A DNA stretch of 37,129 nt, taken from positions 1 to 37,129 of IMG/VR virus record IMGVR_UViG_3300044847_000035; one strand, 5' to 3'. The DNA comes from a virus. Lineage: Duplodnaviria > Caudoviricetes. Below the pieces are notes generated by a model that worked only from the letters and a program-made list of their open reading frames with translations, was not told the origin of the DNA and searched no databases. A program made the translations under genes and the position numbers. Shown here piece by piece: positions 17,967 to 26,350 of this stretch. Position 1 is the stretch's first letter. Each line of letters starts with the position of its first letter.

Positions 17967-19361
17967 TCAAATGGAGAGTAAGAATACCGCATCCTTCGCC
18001 GGGACGGTCACGTTCTGCTCCGTCGCGCCGTTGTTCACCGCCGTGTCGTGCAGTCCAGCAATCCGGCGATAGGGCGTGCCCATGTTGATCGTATGCGGCG
18101 ATGTCTGACCGTTGACGACCACGGCTCCTTTGGTGAACCGCCTGACATAGATGCCCGAGATTGAGTCTTTGACCGGGAGTTCCACCGGCCGGCCGAGCCA
18201 CCCTTGGTAGGTCGCCGTGGGATCGTGCGCCCCGCCCTGAGCGATGGGCGTGACGCTGTACTCGTCGGGCCACTGGAGCGCGAAGAACGGTGTATATGTC
18301 TCGTCCTGCGACGGACCGACGAATCCGTAACCTCCCTGGATGGTCGCCGAGCCGAGAGCGAAACGAGCGCATTTATTCCACGCCGCCGTGTATGGGGGGC
18401 CGAAGTTTTCGCACTTGACGAGCCCGGTGCCGCCGCCATCGATGCCGTCGCGACGCCACGTAGCGAGCGCCGCCATCGCTGCATCGAAGCTCGCGTAGTT
18501 GAGCGGCGGCGCGCCGCCGAACGGCGCGCCATTGTCAGGGTCCCAGCCCTCGAATAACTCGCCGGTCCACTTCGACTTATCGTGCGTCGGCCCGACGCCG
18601 TAGCCATTGCCGAATACGGGCTTGATCGCGCCCAGCGCCGTACCCACATAGTCGAGGCCCGTGCTCGCCGAAGCATCGAGTTCCGCGGCCGTCGCGTAGC
18701 CAGCGCGCGCGAGGTCGAGTGGCGAGCCGTTCGCGGAGTTACCCGAGACCGTGCCGCTGGCGAAGTCGAAGTAGAAGCCATCCGCGTTCTGCCCGCCATC
18801 ATTCACTGCGTACGTCTGCCATGCCGCGAGCGTGCCTTCTTTCACCTGCCCGACATCCACGAAGCCGTCGAGCGTGCCGTTGTAGGGGAAGCGCGTGCCA
18901 TCAAGGCAATAGAGCACCGCGCTCGGCGTCGCGATGTACAGGTCCCACTCGGCCTTGAACATCGTGCCCGCGGTGAGATAGACAAAGCGGTCGGAGAAGG
19001 TGTCGTACCAGAGGACGCGGCAGTTCGGGTTGTAGGCGCGGAGCTTGGTCACGATCTCGCGCGGCACGCTGTAGCCACCATCTGCGAACGGTGTGACCTT
19101 CAGCGTGACGAGCGAGAACCGCGCGATGGCTTGCAGGTACGTCTCATTCCATGCGCCGCTGACGAAGATGGGCCCGCCCTGGCCGTTGTGGCCGCCATAC
19201 CACCAGGGGCGCGGATAGTCTGGATAGGACGCGAAGTCGTGTGGGAGCGCTGGCGAGCCGCCAGGACCCTTGCCGCGTCGAGGGCGGTAACGCTCGGATA
19301 GTTCTCTGATTTCCTTGGCGAGCTGGTGCGTTCGCCGGAAGGCTGCCGAGCGTAAGGTCAT
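17967..19361 (-). CDS. Putative glycoside hydrolase (GHL15-like TIM barrel with C-terminal beta domain)
   Basis: KLRAYNPNCRVLWY, ADGFYFD, GELFEGW, ARFALGSA, GWLGRP, GIYVRRFTKGAVVVN, VTVPAKDAVFL; start uncertain (19361 or 19373). Confidence 0.7.
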   Translation of the reverse strand: MTLRSAAFRRTHQLAKEIRELSERYRPRRGKGPGGSPALPHDFASYPDYPRPWWYGGHNGQGGPIFVSGAWNETYLQAIARFSLVTLKVTPFADGGYSVPREIVTKLRAYNPNCRVLWYDTFSDRFVYLTAGTMFKAEWDLYIATPSAVLYCLDGTRFPYNGTLDGFVDVGQVKEGTLAAWQTYAVNDGGQNADGFYFDFASGTVSGNSANGSPLDLARAGYATAAELDASASTGLDYVGTALGAIKPVFGNGYGVGPTHDKSKWTGELFEGWDPDNGAPFGGAPPLNYASFDAAMAALATWRRDGIDGGGTGLVKCENFGPPYTAAWNKCARFALGSATIQGGYGFVGPSQDETYTPFFALQWPDEYSVTPIAQGGAHDPTATYQGWLGRPVELPVKDSISGIYVRRFTKGAVVVNGQTSPHTINMGTPYRRIAGLHDTAVNNGATEQNVTVPAKDAVFLLSI

Positions 19362-19410
19362 CGCGACATCCATCCAGGAAGTGCGAGCAGGACGGCGAGC
19401 AGGATGGCGG

Positions 19411-19689
19411 TCATCGGTCACGCCCCTCCCAACCAAAGTTAGTTTGTGAAGTAACGCCCTGCTTTGAGTACGTCAGAATCGTGTACCGGACTCCCATGAG
19501 ATCGTAGGCTCTGACAATCAGCGCTCCCGGCGTATCCATGAGTGAATCGCATGGAGTCGGCGCGGACCGAACACTATCAATGGCTGCGCGATAGCCATCA
19601 ATGAAACCTCGGTCGCGCGCATCGCTCCACGAGGTTCGGCATCCCGCGATCCCCCCGGCGAGGGCGAGCACGGCGAGAAGGAGCCTCAT
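19411..19689 (-). CDS. Putative lipoprotein
   Basis: MRLLLAVLALAGGIAG|C lipobox; DSV, DSL and DTP motifs. Confidence 0.6.
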   Translation of the reverse strand: MRLLLAVLALAGGIAGCRTSWSDARDRGFIDGYRAAIDSVRSAPTPCDSLMDTPGALIVRAYDLMGVRYTILTYSKQGVTSQTNFGWEGRDR

Positions 19690-20768
19690 GCAATCACCTT
19701 CATCGCCGCCCTCACGAACGCCGCCGCGACCTGCGGGACGATGGCATTACCATATCCGCGCAGGCGTCCCACGCGGCCGGATACCCCATGAGCCAGCGGG
19801 AAAATGCCGGGTTCAACGAGCCGCGCTTTTCCATCGCGGCAGGGGAGCCATTCGGCGAGGCTCCAAGGATTAGAGCCACCGTCCTGCGGCTGCTGTCCGT
19901 ATTGCCCGCTGCGTTGTAGGTCTCCGTCGCCGAGGACCCCGCCATTGGGGTCGGCCAGCCCGCATTCCAGACCTGCCGCCCGAGCAGCCCATTCTCCGGC
20001 GCCGTCCCGTCGCTCGTCCCGTCCTTGTGGTCGCGCGAGGTCGGCGTCGCCCATGAGGCCGTCCGCGCTGCGTCCGTCAATGTCATGCCCGTATGGTGTG
20101 TGCTCGTCGCCGGGTAATCCGCCACGCCGCTCGAGCCTTGATCCTGCGCCGTTGGCGTGGGCCAGCCCGTCAGTCTCACCGCCGTCCCTAGCGTCAGCGC
20201 TGGACCGAAGCCGAAGCGCGCCCCGCGGATCGCCCGCTTCTCCATGTCCTGCGCGTCGTCTGCCGTCGTCGGCGTGGGCCACGAAGTAGAGCCGCTGCCG
20301 GATGTGCGGGGCGCCCACGCCCGCAGCGCAAAGCTCGACCGACCCGAAGGCGTAGCCCTCGGCTTCCAGGTCAGCCTGAACAGCGTCGAGCCAGCGTTCG
20401 CCAGCTCGGCCCGCAACCTGTTCGCCAAAGACAAACTTAGGGCGTCGCTCGCGGACGAGACGGAGCCATGCGGGCCAAAGGTGCCGCTCGTCTCGGTGCT
20501 CGCTGCCTTTCCCCGCAACGCTGAACGGCTGGCAGGGACAACTTCCTGTCCAAACGGGAGCATCATCTGGCCAGCCAGCGAGTCGCAGGGCGTAGCTCCA
20601 GCCGCCGATGCCGGCGAAGAAATGGGCCTGTCCGTCTCCGATCTCGGCGGGCTCAAGCTCGGAGATACTCCTGCGTTCAACTCTTCCATTAGCGATGTGT
20701 CCTCCGGCGATCAAGGCTTCGAGCCAGTCGCAAGCGAACGGCTCCGTGTCATTGTAGAACGCGCTCAA
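19686..20768 (-). CDS. DNA cytosine-5 methyltransferase, alpha chain
   Basis: FFAGIGG (motif I), GSCPCQPFS (IV), GEQV (VI), PHIRQRLY (VIII), LRGYGNAI (X); TTG start after GGGAGAGAG. Confidence 0.9.
   Translation of the reverse strand: MSAFYNDTEPFACDWLEALIAGGHIANGRVERRSISELEPAEIGDGQAHFFAGIGGWSYALRLAGWPDDAPVWTGSCPCQPFSVAGKGSEHRDERHLWPAWLRLVRERRPKFVFGEQVAGRAGERWLDAVQADLEAEGYAFGSVELCAAGVGAPHIRQRLYFVAHADDGRRRAGHGEAGDPRGALRLRSSADARDGGETDGLAHANGAGSRLERRGGLPGDEHTPYGHDIDGRSADGLMGDADLARPQGRDERRDGAGEWAARAAGLECGLADPNGGVLGDGDLQRSGQYGQQPQDGGSNPWSLAEWLPCRDGKARLVEPGIFPLAHGVSGRVGRLRGYGNAIVPQVAAAFVRAAMKVIA
19712..20566 (-). CDS. C5 methyltransferase beta chain, nested in an alternative frame (TRD and motif IX)
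   Basis: Four W[P/A]TP repeats and GSLNPAFSRWLMGYP (motif IX), absent from the alpha frame; start uncertain (frame open to 20689). Confidence 0.7.
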   Translation of the reverse strand: MMLPFGQEVVPASRSALRGKAASTETSGTFGPHGSVSSASDALSLSLANRLRAELANAGSTLFRLTWKPRATPSGRSSFALRAWAPRTSGSGSTSWPTPTTADDAQDMEKRAIRGARFGFGPALTLGTAVRLTGWPTPTAQDQGSSGVADYPATSTHHTGMTLTDAARTASWATPTSRDHKDGTSDGTAPENGLLGRQVWNAGWPTPMAGSSATETYNAAGNTDSSRRTVALILGASPNGSPAAMEKRGSLNPAFSRWLMGYPAAWDACADMVMPSSRRSRRRS

Positions 20769-20799
20769 CGCTCTCTCCCGGCGAGCCGCACGGGCGAGG

Positions 20800-21498
20800 T
20801 CATAGGCTACACACTCGACACATTCCTGTCCTCGCTCGGGTATCTGGAGGAATGCGCCCCGACTCGAACTCGGCCCGCAATCCCGCCAGCGACGTTGGCC
20901 ATGCATCGCGCTGTGGCGACCGGAACGTGTGGCCCGTTGCCATTTCTGCCGCCTCACCCTTGGCGTACTTATCCGGGTGGTCCCGCCACAGCTCGTACCA
21001 TTCGATGAGGCGCTGGAAAAAGCAGAGTTCGCAGTCCGTTCGAGCCGGGACGGTTACCTTCCGCTCCTTGAGGAATGCCAAGACTTCGGGCAGGCCCATC
21101 CTGGAGTCGCGTAGTGGGTACTCGTAAGTGGCGAAACCGCCCCACAGCCCGAGTCTTTCGGGCTCGTCCGACCGGAGGCCAACACAGAGGATTGAACCTG
21201 GATGCGATAGCAGGTACGCCTTCGCCGGCTCGATTTTCAGCGCCCGCGTGCACCACCGCTGTCGCCAGTTGGGGAGCGCGCCCCATTTCTCAATCAGGGA
21301 TGCCAGCGTGTGGCCGGACCATCCGACAGTCACGGTTTTCCCGATGCGCTCAGCGATGCTACGAACATGCTCAAGGCACGCCGCCGACTCATCTCCCGTG
21401 GGCGTGAATAACAGATCGAAGTTATCACCACGTTCCGCCATGAGCAGGACCATGGCGGTTGAGTCCTTGCCTCCGCTAAAGGCGGCCACCCGGCTCAC
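20800..21498 (-). CDS. PAPS-reductase-family (PP-loop, Fe-S) protein
   Basis: AAFSGGKDSTAM, RWCTRALKIEP, VGLRSDEPER, DCELCFF, CRVCSL. Confidence 0.85.
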   Translation of the reverse strand: MSRVAAFSGGKDSTAMVLLMAERGDNFDLLFTPTGDESAACLEHVRSIAERIGKTVTVGWSGHTLASLIEKWGALPNWRQRWCTRALKIEPAKAYLLSHPGSILCVGLRSDEPERLGLWGGFATYEYPLRDSRMGLPEVLAFLKERKVTVPARTDCELCFFQRLIEWYELWRDHPDKYAKGEAAEMATGHTFRSPQRDAWPTSLAGLRAEFESGRIPPDTRARTGMCRVCSL

Positions 21499-21860
21499 AG
21501 CGGCTCCAGGGGCAGATCGGCGATTTCCTTCGCGACGGAGCATTTGCCATCGGTGCACTCAAGAACATGATCGGCGGCTAGCTCTGCCGCCCGCTCGCGC
21601 ATCGCCGCCGCGCCGGCTGCGTAACCCTGAGCGTAGCGGGCGTCGGCGAAGAATACCTGCGCCTGTTTGCGACCTTCCTCGATGCCCTCGGCGCGGGCTT
21701 GGGCGACCTCTGCTCTGATGAAAGCGATATGGCCGCTAACGGCTCCGTCGCGAGTGTCTGCGCCGAAAACGCGCTGTGCGATTCGGCGAGCTACATCTAG
21801 GTCGGGCGCTGGGGGATGCCCGCCCTTGTCTCGCTCCGTCGTCCCCTTCGCGTCACTCAT
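21495..21860 (-). CDS. Hypothetical protein
   Basis: Coupled ORF within the leftward operon. Confidence 0.55.
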   Translation of the reverse strand: MSDAKGTTERDKGGHPPAPDLDVARRIAQRVFGADTRDGAVSGHIAFIRAEVAQARAEGIEEGRKQAQVFFADARYAQGYAAGAAAMRERAAELAADHVLECTDGKCSVAKEIADLPLEPL

Positions 21861-22368
21861 CCCGGGCCTCTAGGGCGTGGGCGGCGCCATTTCCTGAGGA
21901 CAACCTGCTTTGCCACGCCTGCGTCACCGCTCCTGTACCGGGGAAAATGTCGTGCAACTCGTCGCCCGGCTCCATCCCGAGCAGATTGAATAGCCACGAG
22001 CAGAAGCCCGGGGGTTTCGCGCCGACGAGTCCGCGCTTGAGCGTGATATTGGCGCTCACCCAATCCCTCACCGTCGGGTCAGTCCGCCCGCGTTTGCGTC
22101 CCCCGCAGAAAATGATCGGCTCCCAAGCATAGGCCGGGTTGACCCCGGGCTTGAAGATGGCGAATGGCTTGACCCATGCGGCAACTCGGTGGTTCGGCGG
22201 GCACAAAGGCAGCAGCGTCGCCAGCGCCGGACTGCTCGTGGAGAGCGCCCAGCCATCTGGGAACTCGCAGCGCAGGCGAGCGATTAGAGCGGCGTGGTCC
22301 ACTTCCTCGCGCTTGTAGTGTTTGCGCGCTTGGCCCGGATAGGGCGGGTCTGCGTAAGCAAACTTCAT
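21853..22368 (-). CDS. Small amino-methyltransferase (N6-A / N4-C, DPPY type)
   Basis: MKFAYADPPY, AWVKP, YAWEP, GAKPPGF, DIFPGTGAV; GGGAGG RBS. Confidence 0.8.
   Translation of the reverse strand: MKFAYADPPYPGQARKHYKREEVDHAALIARLRCEFPDGWALSTSSPALATLLPLCPPNHRVAAWVKPFAIFKPGVNPAYAWEPIIFCGGRKRGRTDPTVRDWVSANITLKRGLVGAKPPGFCSWLFNLLGMEPGDELHDIFPGTGAVTQAWQSRLSSGNGAAHALEARDE
21857..21886. repeat. 30-bp direct repeat, copy 1
   Basis: tcatcccgggcctctagggcgtgggcggcg, identical to 22460-22489. Confidence 0.9.
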
Positions 22369-22463
22369 TTTCCTCCCCGACGATTCCAAGAGCCCAGCGT
22401 GGCCCCGAGGATGACTGCGCTCGCGACGATCAAGAACCATCCTAAAAGTTCACGCAAGGTCAT
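22365..22463 (-). CDS. 32-aa single-TM peptide (not in the ORF track)
   Basis: MTLRELLGWFLIVASAVILGATLGSWNRRGGK; ATGA overlap with the methyltransferase start. Confidence 0.45.
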   Translation of the reverse strand: MTLRELLGWFLIVASAVILGATLGSWNRRGGK

Positions 22464-22878
22464 CCCGGGCCTCTAGGGCGTGGGCGGCGTCTACAGCAGC
22501 TTGAGCACTATCGACCGCGGCGCATCCTTTGTCGTCTAGCTCCAGGCCGTGCAGGCGCCACGCCCGGACCTCCGCCGCGAGGACGGCGCAGCGGGAGCGG
22601 AGCGCGACGACCTTTCGCTCCAGTTCGGTGTAGAGCAGACCCACCGTCTCGATGCGGCAGACCTCGTTAGTCTCTAGGTTGCCGTCCGCGTCGCAGGTGA
22701 CTTCGGGTAGCTCATCGCGCACCGCCGTTTCCAAGTTGTCGCAACGCTCGACGGCTTCCGCCAGTTCCGCCCGGAGCGCGTCGCGGTCGGCGGTGAGGGC
22801 GATACATTCGGCACGGATGCGCTCAATATCGCCTTGCAGAAGGTTCACCTGTTTGGCCAGATGGGCCCGCTCAGTCAC
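22450..22878 (-). CDS. Hypothetical coiled-coil protein
   Basis: Heptad pattern; coupled ORF. Confidence 0.6.
   Translation of the reverse strand: MTERAHLAKQVNLLQGDIERIRAECIALTADRDALRAELAEAVERCDNLETAVRDELPEVTCDADGNLETNEVCRIETVGLLYTELERKVVALRSRCAVLAAEVRAWRLHGLELDDKGCAAVDSAQAAVDAAHALEARDDLA
22460..22489. repeat. 30-bp direct repeat, copy 2
   Basis: Identical to 21857-21886. Confidence 0.9.
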
Positions 22879-23050
22879 GGCCGGCTTCCGCGATTAGAAC
22901 CACGGACGTAACGAAGGCCCCCTTTATGACCATGAGTTTCGGGGCGCCAATCCTGAGTGCGGCCGCCGCAGACGGCGCTACAACGGTGATGGTGTCAACT
23001 AGCGCGCGATCCGCCCCGTAACGCGATTCGATTCTCCAGATGCGCGTCAT
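22871..23050 (-). CDS. Hypothetical protein
   Basis: GGAGGGG RBS; ATGA coupling. Confidence 0.5.
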   Translation of the reverse strand: MTRIWRIESRYGADRALVDTITVVAPSAAAALRIGAPKLMVIKGAFVTSVVLIAEAGRD

Positions 23051-23643
23051 TTCCCCTCCTGAGCATTGAGCCGTTCGCACTCGCGCTCGGCGTGGGCGTT
23101 AAGTGCCTTGGCCACCGCGATAGCTTCCTGCTCGTCCAAGCCGCCAAGATTGCGCCCGGGTTTGCGCGTATCCTCCACTACCCAGTTGCCGCGCCCAGGG
23201 ATCGGCGAAGTGACCATGCTGTTGCGCGGAATCCATCTCGGCTGCGGCATCCGGGCGGCTCTGAGTGCGGAGAACGCTGCCCATACCGCTTCCGATTCTG
23301 GCCGCGAGCGGGAGGCGGACGCCATTCCGATACCGCATTTCTCTGCGTCCGATCCGGGTGGCGTCCCGGCTGAAAATGCGAGGCGGGCGAACTTGCCGTC
23401 GGGATCGTGAATCGCTGAGTAGGCCAGCATCGCCTCCGCCAGTCGCTGCTCATGCTCGTCGCGGAGCAAGCCGGCTGCGGCGAGAGCGGCGACAACCGCA
23501 TCAGGCATGTCACCTTCGCGGTAATCGCTCTTGTCACTGAACGTCTGGCCCGGAGCAATCCAGCGTCGCTGGGACTCCCACCATTTGCTGGCTCCGGCCC
23601 GCGCCACTTTCAGCGCTCTCTCGGTCACGCTCTCGCTAGTCAT
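23047..23643 (-). CDS. Hypothetical protein
   Basis: Coupled start MTSESVTERALK. Confidence 0.55.
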   Translation of the reverse strand: MTSESVTERALKVARAGASKWWESQRRWIAPGQTFSDKSDYREGDMPDAVVAALAAAGLLRDEHEQRLAEAMLAYSAIHDPDGKFARLAFSAGTPPGSDAEKCGIGMASASRSRPESEAVWAAFSALRAARMPQPRWIPRNSMVTSPIPGRGNWVVEDTRKPGRNLGGLDEQEAIAVAKALNAHAERECERLNAQEGK

Positions 23644-23858
23644 GAAGCCACCGCGATCATGCGAAGGATGCCGATAACAGCATGGTGTGGATCGTAAGCC
23701 GTGCATGACCATTTCTCGGCGACCGCCCGCCACATCGTGCTCTCGGGAACGTAGGATATGATGAAAGTCGGGCAGTAGCCATGCCGCCTGATGGCCTCTT
23801 TCGTAACCCAATCACGCCATTCGGCATCGCCGATAAAGACATCGCTGGCGGTCGTCAT
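23640..23858 (-). CDS. Hypothetical protein
   Basis: Coupled start MTTASDVFIG. Confidence 0.45.
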   Translation of the reverse strand: MTTASDVFIGDAEWRDWVTKEAIRRHGYCPTFIISYVPESTMWRAVAEKWSCTAYDPHHAVIGILRMIAVAS

Positions 23859-25261
23859 GATGCCACCGCTGCGCGGCCCGACAGGTTCTGGACTTCCGTT
23901 CTCAGCGCTCGCTCCACCATCGTCAGAACCGCCATTGTCTGAGATGGCAGCTTGATGCCGGAGCCGCGAGCGAAGCCGCATAGCTCCAGCGTCGCGTCGT
24001 CAATCAACCACTGCACGCCGTCCAGCGTCGAGACGAAGCGGCGCGGCATCCCGCGGGCCGCTGACAGTCGCTCGGCCATCTCGCAGAGTTCCAAGCAGGC
24101 GAGCAGCATTCCCGGCTGGTTCCGCGGCGGTTCGCCGGAGGGAGCGACCGCCGGGGGAGCGGCCGATTCCTTCGGCCCGTTGGGCTCCGCTCCCGGACGA
24201 TCCCCCAGCTCCAGCGCTCGCTGCATGGCCGTCGCCTTGCCCTTGATCGAGCCTTCGTAGGCGAGCGCCGCGGCCAACAGCGCCTTCCATTGGTCCGCGG
24301 TGATGGTCGAGAGCTTGGCACCCGGCTCGAGAATGATCCGCGCCGTGCGGGCCATCGTGGCGACGAAGGACGCCTTGGCGTGACCGCTGCCCTTGCCGGA
24401 GAGCTTCCAGCCGGTGCGCTCTCCTGCGGCGAAGAACTCGTCGCGCGGGTTGGGCTCGAGCGGGCCGAAGTCGGGAACATCATCATTTGTGGAGGCGGTT
24501 CCGAGCAGGGATTCGAGCCCGTCTTCGACGGGTAGCGCCTCGATGGCCTGAGTGACCGCCTTCATCATTGCCGGAGCGGGCTGGGCGGGGTCGCCGCTGG
24601 TCTGCGTTCCCGACGCGATGGCCTCCGCCGTCGCCGCGCTCCGTACTTCGTTGAGGTTGTAAAGAGTTCTGAGCGCCTTTTGCGCCTCGTCGAGACGCTG
24701 GCAGAACGCCGCGACCGCCGCGTCCAAGTCCGAGATGTAGTCGCCGTCGCGCTTGATCCGCACGATGCGGTGCGGCAGGTCCGGGTTGTAGAACATCAGA
24801 TCAACCCATGCCCGGCCCGTGACCCACATCTGCCCTTGGCACTGCGGCAGGTAGTCGTCGTCCAAGAGCCCGAGCAGCGCCAGAACGTGATTGTGCGCGG
24901 CGAGGCACTTGATCTCCAGTCCGCCATCGTCGCCGACGAGCCGGTCGGGGGATGCCCCGGCCCGTCGGTCATCGCGCAGACACAGCCCGACTTCCTGCAC
25001 GTCCACGCCGCGCTCGAACTCATAGGCGGCGACGGCCGACTTCTCCATCTCGGAACCGCGAAGCATGAAGCCGGACTCGGGCACTTTGACCGGATGTCCG
25101 AACAACCGCTCGGCGAGCAACTCGCCCATGTAGCCGGTGGAGGCAGACGAGAGCTTGCGCGTCTTGGTCGTCATGATCGAGTCGAAGCGGCTGGCGGTGG
25201 GGATGCCGAGACGAGCGGCGACCCATTCGGGAAAGCCTTGAACGACAGGGAGCACGATCAT
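23855..25261 (-). CDS. YqaJ / lambda-exonuclease-family recombination nuclease with long C-terminal extension
   Basis: QG.PEW..ARLGIPTASRF, MLRGSEME, GASPDRLV, GLEIKC, YLPQCQGQMWVTGRAWVD. Confidence 0.9.
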   Translation of the reverse strand: MIVLPVVQGFPEWVAARLGIPTASRFDSIMTTKTRKLSSASTGYMGELLAERLFGHPVKVPESGFMLRGSEMEKSAVAAYEFERGVDVQEVGLCLRDDRRAGASPDRLVGDDGGLEIKCLAAHNHVLALLGLLDDDYLPQCQGQMWVTGRAWVDLMFYNPDLPHRIVRIKRDGDYISDLDAAVAAFCQRLDEAQKALRTLYNLNEVRSAATAEAIASGTQTSGDPAQPAPAMMKAVTQAIEALPVEDGLESLLGTASTNDDVPDFGPLEPNPRDEFFAAGERTGWKLSGKGSGHAKASFVATMARTARIILEPGAKLSTITADQWKALLAAALAYEGSIKGKATAMQRALELGDRPGAEPNGPKESAAPPAVAPSGEPPRNQPGMLLACLELCEMAERLSAARGMPRRFVSTLDGVQWLIDDATLELCGFARGSGIKLPSQTMAVLTMVERALRTEVQNLSGRAAVAS

Positions 25262-25389
25262 GGCCGCAGTTCCCGCAGAATCGCTCCGACTTCCTTCCCC
25301 ATCAGCCATCCGAACACGAGCCCGCCAACGAGGTACACGAGCACACGAACTGCGATAAGCGTCAACGGATGCCTGGTCCAGTCCTTCAC
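25258..25389 (-). CDS. Small single-TM protein
   Basis: VKDWTRHPLTLIAVRVLVYLVGGLVFGWLMG; coupled on both sides. Confidence 0.45.
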   Translation of the reverse strand: MKDWTRHPLTLIAVRVLVYLVGGLVFGWLMGKEVGAILRELRP

Positions 25390-25598
25390 GGCGCGACCCT
25401 CGGCTGCACCGGAGCCACGGGAAGCAGCTTCTTGCCGGCCGACGCGAATGCCTGGCCGAACTCGGCGGCGCAGGCCAGCGTGTCGAAGTGCGTCAGCGTC
25501 GTCATCGGTGCTCGCTCGTCCCGCAGCGGTGCCTTGAGCCGGCGCCCGCACCAACAACATGTTCCCGGCTGGTTCGTCGCTCCAAACGGCCGAATCAC
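25386..25598 (-). CDS. Hypothetical Zn-binding protein
   Basis: CCWCGRRL...FDTLACA; GTGA coupling. Confidence 0.45.
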   Translation of the reverse strand: MIRPFGATNQPGTCCWCGRRLKAPLRDERAPMTTLTHFDTLACAAEFGQAFASAGKKLLPVAPVQPRVAP

Positions 25599-26350
25599 TT
25601 GGCGCCTGCCTTTCGCTTGTTCTCCAGCGCACGAATCGCCTCGGCGTAGCGCGTCTGCCGGATGTCCTCCAGCCGCGTCACGCCCATGAACTTGTAGAAC
25701 CGCTGCGCCTCGGGCTCTGTCGGGCACACCTCCGCGAGCAGCGCGCGGATGTTCGCCAGCGCGTCGGATGTCACTGGCGTCGGGTCGCTCACGTTCTCCG
25801 GGTCCGGGTCGCCGAGCGTGAGACCCAGGATCGCGATCAACGTCATGCGCTTGGCATAGGTCAGCGCGCCGCCGTATTTCTGCTGCGGCGTCGCACCGCT
25901 CTTGTTCTCGGTCGGAAGCTCGAAGCTCGACATGGCCGAGTGGCCGTTGCTGTGCCGCAGCGTGCAGGTGCATTTCAATAGCGGCCCAGCTGCTGAAGCG
26001 TCGAAGCTCACCGAGAGCCCGTGTTTGGTCAGGCTAGGGCGGATCGTCTCCATGATCTGTTCGTAGTCGGCGAACTTGTATTCGTAGCCGGAGCCGGAGC
26101 CGGTCACGATCTTGGCCGTCGAGGATCTCGGGATGACCGGGCAGTCGTCTTGGAATGCCACCAAGGCGCGGGAGAACTCCAGCTCGGCGTTGCGGCGCTG
26201 GATGTGCTCGTGGAGCAGGACGAGCTTCTCCAGCGACTCGGGTGGAACGCCGCGCTCGAGCCCAGCCGCGAGCAGCGACATGACCTGACTGGCCTCGTCT
26301 ACTGGCGCGATGGCGGCTCGGCGTTCGGTGCGGACGACTTCAGTGCTCAT
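25595..26350 (-). CDS. erf: ERF-family single-strand annealing protein
   Basis: LEKLV.LHE, YKFADYEQI, L.KHGLS, LRHSNGH, QKYGGALTYAKRMTL.AILG; upstream of YqaJ. Confidence 0.85.
   Translation of the reverse strand: MSTEVVRTERRAAIAPVDEASQVMSLLAAGLERGVPPESLEKLVLLHEHIQRRNAELEFSRALVAFQDDCPVIPRSSTAKIVTGSGSGYEYKFADYEQIMETIRPSLTKHGLSVSFDASAAGPLLKCTCTLRHSNGHSAMSSFELPTENKSGATPQQKYGGALTYAKRMTLIAILGLTLGDPDPENVSDPTPVTSDALANIRALLAEVCPTEPEAQRFYKFMGVTRLEDIRQTRYAEAIRALENKRKAGAK

Noticed and set aside
24109-25575. Shared 14-mer ttcccggctggttc at about 24109 and 25562
   Set aside because: Short and GC-rich, inside coding sequence, with no cassette logic
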